A DNA stretch of 64,000 nucleotides from Candidatus Kapaibacterium sp. Lineage in GTDB: Bacteria > Bacteroidota > Ignavibacteria > Kapaibacteriales > UBA2268. Below, in pieces: positions 19,460-29,704 of this stretch. The notes beneath the pieces are model-generated. The model saw nothing but the letters and a program-made list of their open reading frames with translations. It made no database searches and was not told where the DNA came from. Made by a program: the position numbers and the translations under genes. How positions within the stretch are numbered: the first letter of the stretch is position 1; each line of letters opens with the position of its first letter. The stretch is taken from NCBI GenBank assembly GCA_963665665.1, contig OY762428.1:768001-832000 (forward strand), given 5' to 3'.

Positions 19460-20118
19460 TATTTTTACTCTTCATTAATTTTACATTTAACAACTGCTGA
19501 TTTATCAAAGCGGCTTTTTATCTATCCTGTATTACTTTTGCCTTAACTTCAAAAAAAGCCGCATATTTGCCAATATTACAAAGAACTTATCCCAATACAT
19601 AAAAACCTTTTTACCTGAACGAGCAAAATTGATTCAGGCAAATATCCAAGCCAATTAAATATACGAAATAATGGAATAAAATCCTGAATATATCAAATAA
19701 TGTTTTAATATTTAAAGGGCATTTTCAGGGGACTAAATTCTTCAAATCCGATCTCATAAGTTTCATGATTAATCATAAGTTTCATAAAACTTTTAAAAGT
19801 AGTAATAAAGTTGACGGGAAATTATTATAATTGTTAAAGTCAAAACAGGACCGATCAACTACTTTTCAAAAATTTAAACATCTGATCAATGTAGTATTGG
19901 AATATTGGTTATCCCCAAACAGCATAAAAGGAAAGGCATCTAATCCTTATATTTTTCTCTGTTTCGTGGTTTCATACTTAAACCGTTTTTTTAAATCATT
20001 ACACTTCCGAATTGAACTCCCTGCAAACTCTGTTGTATCGCTGATCCGAAAAGTGCTTTATTTATATTCTTTGACACCTCCCGCCCCCTGTGAGAGTAAA
20101 ATTTTGTCAAAAAAGATA

Positions 20119-20397
20119 ATTTCGGAAGCATGAGGGAACGCTCGGGAAGCTTGGGGGAACGCTCGGAAGGCATGGGGGAATGCTCGGGAAGCATGGGGTA
20201 TCGCTCGGGAAGCTTGAGGGAACGCTCGGAAGGCATGAGGGAATGCTCTGAAGGCATGGGGGATCGCTCGGGAAGCTTGAGGGAACGCTCGGAAGGCATG
20301 AGGGAATGCTCTGAAGGCATGGAGGAATGCTCGGAAGGCACGAGGGAACGCTCGGGAAGCATGGGGGAACGCTCGGGAAGCATGGGGGATCGCTCGG
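20119..20397. repeat. 21-bp tandem repeat array (about 13 units, GC-rich)
   Basis: Unit like gctcggaaggcatgagggaac; includes a near-identical 63-bp higher-order repeat at 20203-20328. Confidence 0.95.
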
Positions 20398-20418
20398 ATC
20401 ATTCTTAAAACACATGTA

Positions 20419-20697
20419 TTAGTAATTACTAACTTTGATTTGGTAGCTAAATTTTAAAATTTTTTGTAAAAATTTATCTTTGAGTGCAGCAACCAAGACC
20501 ATGACGGCACAAACCAAGGTAAAAAATTTCACAGAATACAGACCTTTCCCATAACTACCAGCCCGCAAATTCGTGATTGTGAATTTGGGGGATGTGAAAT
20601 TTGATTCTCCAATTTCATTGTAAACAAGATACATCAATAATAATTCCTGTATGATCACTAAACTGCACGCTATTTTTAGTATTATTCTTTTTCCCAT
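20419..20697 (-). CDS. Small hypothetical 2-TM protein
   Basis: 92-aa ORF with two hydrophobic segments; no recognised family. Confidence 0.35.
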   Translation of the reverse strand: MGKRIILKIACSLVIIQELLLMYLVYNEIGESNFTSPKFTITNLRAGSYGKGLYSVKFFTLVCAVMVLVAALKDKFLQKILKFSYQIKVSNY

Positions 20698-20799
20698 TTT
20701 ATACTTCTATTCAAGTTTATCTGCATTTTGATCTGAGGGTGATTTGGTTATCGTATATTGATTTAACCCGGATTGCCTGACTGAATAATATTATGAAAT

Positions 20800-21129
20800 T
20801 CATATATGAGACCATGTTAATTGTCCAGACAGTGTCTGGACATCCTGATATTCAAGATAAAATTTCCTCATATTGAAAAGATTGGATCTTGAAAATCCTT
20901 TACCAATTTCAGATGTTAATTGCTTTGATAACTCAAGAATTATTTGTCTTGATGAAACATTATCAATATTGTTGGCCTTTTCATTATCAATAATTATCCT
21001 GCCAATATTCCAGTATGCCATTATTAGTTGACGATTAACATTTACTGAAACAGATTTCCTCGCGGATAAAATGATTTCTTTGATACTGTCTAACAGTACA
21101 TTTTCCTTTTTATATAAATCATTTTTCAT
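20800..21129 (-). pseudogene. Truncated DUF1016/YhcG N-terminal fragment
   Basis: VN..LI.AYWNIGRII, LSKQLTSEIGKGFS.SNL.NMRKFY, LTWSH then stop; PDDEXK domain absent. Confidence 0.8.
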
Positions 21130-21461
21130 AAACTTTACTAAACAAATTTGGAGTTGTCCGAAAAATTTAGCTTTATCAAAATATTAATATTTTGAAAAGT
21201 AATAATTTTATTTAGTGATTTCTATGTATAAAGCAAATTTACAAAAGAAATAAAATAAAACAAATGAAAACAGAAACCTTGATTCAGGTAGGATTGGAAA
21301 CCTTTCGTTGTTTCAATTAGGTTGAATTGCAATTGCAGTATTTTTACATCATTCTCCCACCTACTAATTTTCCACCCCCAAATCAATAATACACTGCTAA
21401 TTCCGTTCTAAACCCTTATATTTGTAGTTTACAGTAAATTTATAAGATAAACGGATACTAT

Positions 21462-23150
21462 ATGAAAAAATCAGCAGCATTAATGTTATTTATTCTAATA
21501 CTATTTACCGGTTCAGCCATTGGCAAAGCCGACCCGGTACTGAAGGCGGCAAAGGCCGAACTTGATAAATCGATGAAGGTACTTAGCCAGGAAGATACGC
21601 CGCCCTATTTCATTTCCTACGGTATAAGTGATACCAGGAAAATTTCGATTACCTCCTCTTTCGGCAGGATAAAAACTGATAATGATACCCGCAGCAGGAT
21701 TCTTGATATTGATATGCGCGTGGGCGATTACAAGTTTGATAATACGCATATCATTCGCGGCCAGCGCTTTTCTTTCGGCGGAGGGCGCAATTATACTGCT
21801 TTGCCGATAGAAAATGATGAAAAAGCTATTAGGAAATCTATCTGGTTCCTGACCGACCAGCAATACAAAAAAGCTACGGAAACGCTGGAAAAAGCCCGTA
21901 CAAACCAAGCCGTGAAAATTAAAGAAGAGGATACTTCAGCCGACTTCTCGCACGAAAGGGCATATCAATATATCGAAGACAATAAGGAAATGAATATTGA
22001 TATTGATAAATTCAGAAAGCAGCTAAAGGAACTTTCTGCTATTTTTATGCCCTACCAGTGGCTGTATATAGGCGAGCTAAGCTTTTTTGCCGAGATTCAG
22101 ACAAAATACTTCGTCAGCAGCGAGGGAGCCGAGTTGAAATGGCCTGAAAACCGCTTCCGCATTTATGTTAACGTAAAAACCAAAGCAGAAGACGGGATGA
22201 GCCTGCCGCTTTATAAAAGTTATTTCTCATTTACTCCCGACGGGCTGCCTGATTTTGAAATAATAAAAAACGATCTGAAAAAACTTATTTCAACTCTCGA
22301 CCAATTACGAAAAGCCCCCATGCTTGAGGATACATACTCCGGCCCGGCAATTCTGTCGGGTGAAGCTTCGGGCGTTTTCTTCCATGAGATATTCGGCCAC
22401 AGGGTGGAAGGCCACAGGGAAAAAGACCCGAATTCCAGCCAGACCTTTAAAAATTCAGTTGGTAAGAAAATTCTGCCTGATTTCATTGATGTGATAATGG
22501 ATCCGACAATTAAAACTATACGCGGCAGAGAAATATCAGGATTTTATCCCTACGATGATGAAGGGATTGAAGCACAGAAAGTTGTAGTGGCTGATAATGG
22601 TAAGTTCAACAGTTTTCTTATGTCGCGCTCGCCGATCGAGAATTTTGATCATTCCAACGGCCACGGGCGACGCTCGCCGGGCCACAGGGCTGTTTCCCGA
22701 CAGTCTAACCTGATTGTTAATGCTGATGAAACTGTCAGCCGTGAAGAGCTGACAGCCAAACTACGCGAAATGCTGAAAGAAGAAAACAAAGAATGGGGCC
22801 TGTATTTCGAGCAGGTGCAGGGCGGATTCACATTCACCGGTCGCTCGATTCCAAATGCTTTCAACGTAAACCCGCTGCTCGTTTATAAAGTATATGCAGA
22901 CGGCAGGCCTGATGAAATGGTTCGCGGCGTCGATCTGATTGGAACTCCGCTCGCCACTTTTGCCAATATAACTATGGCTGCCGACGACCTTGGTGTGTTC
23001 AACGGTATTTGCGGCGCTGAATCCGGCGGCGTGCCTGTTTCGGCTTGTTCTCCCAGCCTTCTCGTGTCGCTGATTGAGGTGCAGAAAAAAGCAAAATCTC
23101 AGGCAAAGCTCCCTATACTTGATGCTCCGGTTCCCGGGAAAGATCAGTAA
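21462..23150 (+). CDS. tldD: Exported TldD-like metalloprotease
   Basis: Signal peptide; GVFFHEIFGHRVEG (HExxxH), YDDEG, SNGHGR, CGAESGGVPV. Confidence 0.85.
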   Translation: MKKSAALMLFILILFTGSAIGKADPVLKAAKAELDKSMKVLSQEDTPPYFISYGISDTRKISITSSFGRIKTDNDTRSRILDIDMRVGDYKFDNTHIIRGQRFSFGGGRNYTALPIENDEKAIRKSIWFLTDQQYKKATETLEKARTNQAVKIKEEDTSADFSHERAYQYIEDNKEMNIDIDKFRKQLKELSAIFMPYQWLYIGELSFFAEIQTKYFVSSEGAELKWPENRFRIYVNVKTKAEDGMSLPLYKSYFSFTPDGLPDFEIIKNDLKKLISTLDQLRKAPMLEDTYSGPAILSGEASGVFFHEIFGHRVEGHREKDPNSSQTFKNSVGKKILPDFIDVIMDPTIKTIRGREISGFYPYDDEGIEAQKVVVADNGKFNSFLMSRSPIENFDHSNGHGRRSPGHRAVSRQSNLIVNADETVSREELTAKLREMLKEENKEWGLYFEQVQGGFTFTGRSIPNAFNVNPLLVYKVYADGRPDEMVRGVDLIGTPLATFANITMAADDLGVFNGICGAESGGVPVSACSPSLLVSLIEVQKKAKSQAKLPILDAPVPGKDQ

Positions 23151-23176
23151 GGATAAATAGTAAGAAAGAAAAGATA

Positions 23177-23358
23177 GTAGCTACTCAGAATATGTGATTA
23201 TATTGAAAATTTAATATACATATTAAAACCGACCCCTCCCAACCCTCCCCGGAGGGGAGGGCTTAGAGATCAAACTCTTTTTTCGAAGTACTATTTGGGT
23301 TGTCGCTGAAAAAATTAATAGAGAGTATAATATATTTAATAATTCTCTGAGCAGTAAC
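23177..23358. mobile_element. MITE-like element with IS66-type ends (degenerate)
   Basis: Ends gtagctactcag ... ctgagcagtaac as in 55153-55376; different interior with a GC hairpin; no clean target duplication. Confidence 0.6.
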
Positions 23359-23398
23359 ACATAATCAATTTGAAATCAATATTTGGGATCAATATAAA

Positions 23399-25303
23399 AT
23401 GACAAAGAATAAATTTTTAACAATTAGTAACAGTTTAAATACTGACAATAAATCCGGAAGTATATATAACAGTACAATTTTGCCCCCACTCATACCCTCC
23501 ACGAAGGGAAGGGCTAAAAGGTTTATGCCCCTCCTTCAGAGGGGTTTGGGGAGGTCGATTACAATTTTTGCGCCCCTGTTTTTAATACTTTTCACGACGG
23601 CTTTGAGCGCTAACGATGATATTATGAATGCCATGCGCGACGAGATAAAACGTTCGATGGACGAATTGAAACTGGAGAACCTGAAAAGGCCTTACTTTGT
23701 TGAATATACGCTATCTGTTACGCATTCCCGACAGATAAAAAGCGAGCTTGGCGCTATCAGCGAAACTGCCGACAACAAATACGCCCAGCTTACTGTTGGC
23801 GTAAGGGTGGGCGATTACAAGTTCGACAATACAAATTTCTTTGATATCGGGCTTAGCTTTTTTGGTAGTGGCGATGACGAAGAAAGATTCAAGAAAAGAA
23901 ATATCCCGATAGAAATTGATTACGATATGCTGCGCCGGGAACTATGGCTTGCAACTGACGCCGCCTACAAGCAAACAGCCGAGATATTCTCGAAAAAGGA
24001 AGCCACTATTAAAAACCGCATGAGAATGGACACTACCCACGACTTTATGCAGGTTCAACCTTCAAAGCATATTGATACTGTCAGTGCTCCGGATTTTGAT
24101 TTTGAAACTTATAAGACAATATGCAACAAGCTTTCTGCTGTTTTCAGGGATTATCCGCAGATTTATCTTTCTGGCGTTGGTATGGAATATATCCCCAAAA
24201 CAATTTACTATGTGAACAGTGAGGGGACCGAATATATAAAATCAGAAATGATGGCCGGGCTGGAAATTGTAGGGATCAGCCAAAGCGACGATGGCATGCC
24301 CTCATCTGATTTCTATACAGCTTATGCCGACAATCCATCAGAATTTCCATCTGAAGACTCACTTATGAGAGCTGCAAAAACAGTTGCAGACAAACTGAGT
24401 AAAATTCTTAAAGCAGATTACCTTTATGAACCTTATTCCGGCCCAATATTATTTGAAGGAAGAGCTGCTGCGGAAATTTTTGCACAGGTATTTGCTCCTA
24501 ATCTTGTAGCGCAAAGGCCTCCGCTCACCGAGAACGGCACGCAGGACGGCGGCAGGTATTCCGCTTTTCAGACAAAGATAGGCGGGCGCGTGCTTCCGGA
24601 ATTCATGAGCATTGAAGCGCTGCCGAACACAAAAGAACTTGAAAGAACAAAGCTGATGGGCTATTATAAAATTGACGACGACGGGATTATGGCAAAGGAT
24701 GTTCCCCTGGTTAAGGACGGCTACCTGAAAAACCTGCTATCAGAGAGGATACCCACAAGGCGAGTGCGCGGAACAAACGGGCATAAGCGGGGCGGTTCAG
24801 CCATGCTAAGCAATATCGTTGTCAGTGCTGATGAGGAACACAGCAAAACGGACGCCGAACTGAAAGAAAGAATGATGCAGCTTTGCAAAGACCGTGAGCT
24901 GCCATACGGGTTGATAGTCCGTAAAGTACTGAACCAGAACCTGATGTTTACAACCTTTTTCCGTATGACGGGTGGCGAGTATCCTACTCCGGTTGGGCAG
25001 AATAAACTTGCCCTGACCGAGCTATATAAAATATATCCCGACGGCCGCGAGGAGATAGTCCGCACATCAGTAGGTAACGGCTTCACAGTGCAGTCTTTCA
25101 AGGATATTATACTTGCAGGCAAGAACCGCTACGCCATGAACTATCTTGCCCCGGCGGTAGTATCGCCATTTGTTACCGGCGGCGACCAGTATGTGGTTTC
25201 ATCACTGGTAACACCGGATATTCTTTTTGAGGACGGCGAGATCAAGCCCTGGGAAGACGATTTCCCCAAACCGCCGCTTATCGGCAGCCCGCTGGAAAAA
25301 TAA
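23399..25303 (+). CDS. pmbA: Exported PmbA/TldE-like partner subunit
   Basis: Paralogous to upstream gene (RVGDYKFDNT, YSGPIL, DDDG, TNGH.R); lacks HExxxH; start 23399 or 23525. Confidence 0.75.
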   Translation: MTKNKFLTISNSLNTDNKSGSIYNSTILPPLIPSTKGRAKRFMPLLQRGLGRSITIFAPLFLILFTTALSANDDIMNAMRDEIKRSMDELKLENLKRPYFVEYTLSVTHSRQIKSELGAISETADNKYAQLTVGVRVGDYKFDNTNFFDIGLSFFGSGDDEERFKKRNIPIEIDYDMLRRELWLATDAAYKQTAEIFSKKEATIKNRMRMDTTHDFMQVQPSKHIDTVSAPDFDFETYKTICNKLSAVFRDYPQIYLSGVGMEYIPKTIYYVNSEGTEYIKSEMMAGLEIVGISQSDDGMPSSDFYTAYADNPSEFPSEDSLMRAAKTVADKLSKILKADYLYEPYSGPILFEGRAAAEIFAQVFAPNLVAQRPPLTENGTQDGGRYSAFQTKIGGRVLPEFMSIEALPNTKELERTKLMGYYKIDDDGIMAKDVPLVKDGYLKNLLSERIPTRRVRGTNGHKRGGSAMLSNIVVSADEEHSKTDAELKERMMQLCKDRELPYGLIVRKVLNQNLMFTTFFRMTGGEYPTPVGQNKLALTELYKIYPDGREEIVRTSVGNGFTVQSFKDIILAGKNRYAMNYLAPAVVSPFVTGGDQYVVSSLVTPDILFEDGEIKPWEDDFPKPPLIGSPLEK

Positions 25304-25325
25304 AGTAAGCTTTTAATTACATAGT

Positions 25326-25360
25326 TTTTCATCCGATGACTTCAGGTCATCGGATGAAAA
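25326..25360. repeat. REP-like palindrome, copy 2 (may act as terminator between convergent genes)
   Basis: ttttcatccgatgac-ttcag-gtcatcggatgaaaa. Confidence 0.8.
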
Positions 25361-25417
25361 TGTTGAATTATTGAAAAACAATAAAACTATATCTGTTCAG
25401 TAAATGGAAACAGTTAA

Positions 25418-25915
25418 TTATTCCACCCCAATGGATGTATGTATTTGTACAATTTTCCATCCGTCATCTCTTTTTTCCAATACCCCGCTCATTCTAACCC
25501 CTGAGAAACTGTAATGTTCGCTTTCAAAATCAAATTTCCAGTCCAGTAATTCTGAAAACCATGCAGTATATCCTTTCGGGCTTAATTTTATGGCCTGGTT
25601 GCTCACGGTGATTTCAGTATTTTGTGTCTGCCCGTTTTGTGCCTCCATTAATTGTTTCAATGCCTCCCAGCCAACAACGCGCTCATCAGCATCTGTTCCG
25701 AAAGCAATAATATCATCGTCGTGGGCATAAATTTGCGACAGCATATCCATATCCTCGGTTTCTATCTGAGTTACAAGATTATCAACAACTATCTGAACTT
25801 TGGCTTTTTCAGCAACAAGATCAACATCATCATCGCAGTCAGAATCAACATTAGATGAACAGGCAGCAAAAGCTATCATAGGTGAAGCGAGTAAAAACGA
25901 CAGCAGTGATTTCAT
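25418..25915 (-). CDS. NTF2/SnoaL-like lipoprotein
   Basis: FAAC lipobox; FGTD..E...GW, R.SGVLEKR..GWKIVQ.H.S. Confidence 0.8.
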   Translation of the reverse strand: MKSLLSFLLASPMIAFAACSSNVDSDCDDDVDLVAEKAKVQIVVDNLVTQIETEDMDMLSQIYAHDDDIIAFGTDADERVVGWEALKQLMEAQNGQTQNTEITVSNQAIKLSPKGYTAWFSELLDWKFDFESEHYSFSGVRMSGVLEKRDDGWKIVQIHTSIGVE

Positions 25916-25964
25916 TGGATATCTCCATTAATTTGAAAAAAGAGGTGTATTGAATCCGGTTTAC

Positions 25965-26510
25965 TTACTTTCCTGCCATTTTATGCCCAATCAAGCCAAG
26001 AATTAGCCAGGGAACTACCGCATCGGCAAGATAAGCAAAAATTCCGGGTTCCTTGTACCATATAAATTCAGTATATGGCAGGAATAAAAATGCTATTAGC
26101 CCTATAAATACTGAAGTCAATACACGGTTCTTAAGATTGGGTTCTTTTTGTTGCAGGAATATCCAAAACAGAAACCATGCAATAACAATATCAACAAGCA
26201 GGCTGCGGATCATAGGCATTGCCATGTTCATATCCATTTTATGCCTGTAATTAAGCGTTGCCCATGGTTTATCCATGTACTTCTTATCCCATTCTTTTTG
26301 AATTTCATCCTGAGAAAGAGAAGGGTCGGGCTGGCCTAAATGATACATTCCTTCATCAAGGTTTATTGCTTCAAGTTTTTGCAATATTTCATCCTGGTAC
26401 GGAGTGTATTGGCTTGAAGCAGAATGAAAATTCGGAAAAGCATGGGCAAGAAACTGCCAGACAAAAATTACAACAGCGCCAATCAAAGAAAATAATATAT
26501 GTTTCTTCAT
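25965..26510 (-). CDS. Hypothetical integral membrane protein
   Basis: About 4 hydrophobic segments. Confidence 0.7.
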   Translation of the reverse strand: MKKHILFSLIGAVVIFVWQFLAHAFPNFHSASSQYTPYQDEILQKLEAINLDEGMYHLGQPDPSLSQDEIQKEWDKKYMDKPWATLNYRHKMDMNMAMPMIRSLLVDIVIAWFLFWIFLQQKEPNLKNRVLTSVFIGLIAFLFLPYTEFIWYKEPGIFAYLADAVVPWLILGLIGHKMAGK

Positions 26511-26562
26511 TTCTATCCTTTAAATTGGTAATAAAATTATTATATATTGTAACAAAACAGGT

Positions 26563-27813
26563 TTAAACTTTGCCGCGCCGGACAGGCATTGTCATACATC
26601 TTGCACCGCCGCCGCCACGTGAAAGCTCAGAGCCTTCAATTGTTATAACATATTTATCAATTCCGTCAATATTAATTTTGTCTTCAACCAGATCTTTAGC
26701 TTTTATCACTTCAAAGCCGTTATTGTTCAGTTCCTCTATCGTGTTAAAATTCCTGCCGTAACCAATCACTTTCCCCGGTCCGACAGCAAAGAAGTTAGCC
26801 CCGGAATGCCACTGTTCTCTTTCCTGGCTATATTGATCCTTTTTCCCGCCACAGTACATTGGCTCAAGATCCATTCCCAGATCCTTCAGTGCTGCAAGAA
26901 TGTTTTTTTCCTCGCGAATAAATTTTACTTCGCCGTTTTCAACAAAAATATGGATCGTAATATTTTTACTTGATCTCATTATCAAAGGTTCGTATATCAT
27001 GCATTTGTCCACATCAAGAAAAGTAAAAGCCATATCAAGATGAATGAAAGATTCCGGTGAGTGCGGTAGTTCCTGCACGAGGATATGCTTTTTACATCCA
27101 TCCCTGCAAAGTGAATCAATAATAAAATCAACTCCCTGGGTTGTGGTTCTTGGGCCTATTCCAACCAAAATAATATCTTCCCTTGCTATCAGTACATCTC
27201 CGCCTTCAATTATTATCTCGTTGTTTCGAACTTTCATCGAAGGGTTTATGGTGTTGACATCAAAAGCAGGATGATGCCTGAATATAGCATCCATTATTGT
27301 TGATTCTCTCATCCTTACTTTACTGGCAGTCTTACCGATAAGAACTTTATCAAATATTGATACTGAAGCATCTCGAGTGAAAAAGAAATTATGAAGCGGC
27401 CTGAGAGAATATCTGTTTTTGTCAATAAATTTAGTAAGGTTGTTCTTCAGCATTGGCACTCCCTCGATAAGAAGCCTTGCCAGCTCTTCATCCTTTTTTT
27501 CCATAAGGTATGATTTATTCTCGTCAACTTTTTCAGTTTCAAATATTTTATCTATTAAATTTTCTTTAACATCCGAATCAACCAAAATATCTCTTAGCAG
27601 TTCATTTACTTTGAATACTTTTGTAAGCTTCCTTAATACTTCCTCGAACAGAGTATATTCTTTCCTTGCAACGGACAGGTTAAGTATATCTGAATAAAGT
27701 GCCCGCTCTACATTTTCAGGAATCATATTCTGCACCTCCATACCCGGAGAATGAAGTATTACTGCCTCCAGCGGCCCTATCTCAGAATAAATATTAATAC
27801 CTGTTTTATTCAT
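26563..27813 (-). CDS. arcA: Arginine deiminase
   Basis: SEIGPL..V.LH.PG, NFFFTRD, IEGGD, HLD, GSELSRGGGGARCMTMP. Confidence 0.93.
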   Translation of the reverse strand: MNKTGINIYSEIGPLEAVILHSPGMEVQNMIPENVERALYSDILNLSVARKEYTLFEEVLRKLTKVFKVNELLRDILVDSDVKENLIDKIFETEKVDENKSYLMEKKDEELARLLIEGVPMLKNNLTKFIDKNRYSLRPLHNFFFTRDASVSIFDKVLIGKTASKVRMRESTIMDAIFRHHPAFDVNTINPSMKVRNNEIIIEGGDVLIAREDIILVGIGPRTTTQGVDFIIDSLCRDGCKKHILVQELPHSPESFIHLDMAFTFLDVDKCMIYEPLIMRSSKNITIHIFVENGEVKFIREEKNILAALKDLGMDLEPMYCGGKKDQYSQEREQWHSGANFFAVGPGKVIGYGRNFNTIEELNNNGFEVIKAKDLVEDKINIDGIDKYVITIEGSELSRGGGGARCMTMPVRRGKV

Positions 27814-28148
27814 AATTTATTACTCTCAAAATAATTAGATAACAATTTTATGGTAAGATATTTACTTTTGTCGTAAAAATCAAATTCCATTGATATATTT
27901 ATGGTAATGGAGCAGGGCAATGCAGAAATTCTAACTGCTTTATTCCTTTCCCGCTATCCTGCGGAATAGCCACTTCCACGGCTTATGATGAACTATATTC
28001 TGTATTTCTTTATAATTCTGATGCAAAGTGCCGGTTCCAACATTACTAATGTCAATAAATCCTAAATTCTTAAAGCATATAGATTTTACATTTCGGGCAT
28101 CAGCACTTTTAGTAAGTTTGCACAGATATGTTGCTATACAAGGCAAAC

Positions 28149-28175
28149 AAAAAAAGCTCCACTCCGGAGCTTTTT
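28149..28175. terminator. Intrinsic terminator after the GT2 gene
   Basis: aaaaagctcc-actcc-ggagcttttt. Confidence 0.8.
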
Positions 28176-28200
28176 ATATTTAAAATTTAATTCTTTTTTT

Positions 28201-29649
28201 TCAGGCTTTTACAAGTGCGTGTTTCAACGACATGTAACCAACAGTACCAAACCCTGCCAGGAACATAAGCTGGAAGGGTATTGCAGCTATTTCGGTGTAA
28301 TACACAGAAATTACAATACCAATAAAGAAGTAAAGTGTAAGAAATAATTCCATAACAACTGTACCGCTGATCTTCCTGGAAGTATAATTTTTCTTCACTG
28401 TCTGCATTTTGCTGTCACCGGATTTTGGTGTACGTGCAAAACCTGATTTCTTGTTTATAAGGGCTTCGAAAACTGCTTTGGTATTATTAACGGCAAGGCC
28501 CATCGATCCGGCAAGAAAAACAGGAAATAGCAACAGCCGCCTGCGCCAGTCTATGTGAATGGCTTTTTGAGCAAAAGTATAGAATAAAAAAGTGGATATG
28601 GAAGCAAGAACGAAAATCGACATCAAAGAATAAACTTTGTCGAAACCGCCAATAGTATTTTTTATTACTACGATCGGCACATTCAGGAACGCAACCATTA
28701 TTATAAACGGAAAAACAATATTGCTTGTAAGGTGGATAAAGCATTCCAATTTCACTTTCAGAGAAAGGTCTGAACGGAACACACTTGGCAGAAGTTTTTT
28801 TGCTGTTTCCACCGCTCCTTTGGTCCAGCGGAACTGCTGGGTTTTCAGAGCGCTGATATTATCAGGCAATTCAGCGGGAGATGTTACATCGGGAAGATAG
28901 ATAAACTGCCATCCTTTAAGCTGAGCCCGGTAACTAAGGTCCATGTCTTCGGTAAGAGTGTCAGGCTGCCAGTTCCCGGCATCAAAAATACACTCTTTAC
29001 GCCATACGCCTGCGGTACCATTGAAGTTCATAAAAAATCCGGCCTTGTTCCTTACCTGCTGTTCAAGCACAAAATGCCCGTCAAGCGCGAGAGCCTGCGC
29101 ACGTGTCAGGTAGGATTCTTCCTCATTGAGATGTTCCCACCTGGTTTGTACCATACCAACTTTAGAATTGTTGAAATGCGGTATTGTTTTTTGCAGGAAG
29201 TCCGGATTTGGCACGAAGTCCGCATCAAAAATTGCAACGTAATCGCCTTCGGCAACTTCGAGCCCTGCCTTCAGTGCTCCGGCTTTGAAGCCTGCCCTGT
29301 CAATACGGTGGATATACTTGATATTGAATCCTTTAGCAACATAGCTATCTACCAGGTTCGAAGCAATTTTTACTGTTTCATCAGTTGAATCGTCTAGTAC
29401 CTGAATTTCAAGTTTATCCTGGGGATAATCGAAATTGCATACTGATTCAATGAGCCTTTCCACAACATTCAACTCGTTAAAGAGCGGCAATTGAACAGTA
29501 ACAACAGGATGATCTTCGGGCATTACAGGCGTTTCCCGCTTCTGTCCTTCAGTTTTCCTGAAATAATACAGGAGTACAAGCCCGTGGATACCAAAACCGA
29601 AAAGTACACTCAACGAGGCAAAGTAAACAATAAGTATAATATTTTCCAT
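28201..29649 (-). CDS. Processive family-2 glycosyltransferase (cellulose-synthase-like)
   Basis: VLDDSTD, KAGAL, FDADF, TED.DL, QQFRW (D,D,D,QxxRW) plus TM helices. Confidence 0.92.
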   Translation of the reverse strand: MENIILIVYFASLSVLFGFGIHGLVLLYYFRKTEGQKRETPVMPEDHPVVTVQLPLFNELNVVERLIESVCNFDYPQDKLEIQVLDDSTDETVKIASNLVDSYVAKGFNIKYIHRIDRAGFKAGALKAGLEVAEGDYVAIFDADFVPNPDFLQKTIPHFNNSKVGMVQTRWEHLNEEESYLTRAQALALDGHFVLEQQVRNKAGFFMNFNGTAGVWRKECIFDAGNWQPDTLTEDMDLSYRAQLKGWQFIYLPDVTSPAELPDNISALKTQQFRWTKGAVETAKKLLPSVFRSDLSLKVKLECFIHLTSNIVFPFIIMVAFLNVPIVVIKNTIGGFDKVYSLMSIFVLASISTFLFYTFAQKAIHIDWRRRLLLFPVFLAGSMGLAVNNTKAVFEALINKKSGFARTPKSGDSKMQTVKKNYTSRKISGTVVMELFLTLYFFIGIVISVYYTEIAAIPFQLMFLAGFGTVGYMSLKHALVKA

Positions 29650-29704
29650 AAGCTAAGGGGTTCAGCCCCTAAGTATTATTAATGATAATTAATAAAAAAG
29701 TATG

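Noticed and set aside
19991-20415. Four overlapping repeat ORFs
   Set aside because: Explained by the 21-bp tandem repeat; no start context or recognisable domain
27940-28146. 68-aa minus-strand ORF between the GT2 gene and arcA
   Set aside because: Starts immediately after a terminator, no recognisable family; at most a gene remnant
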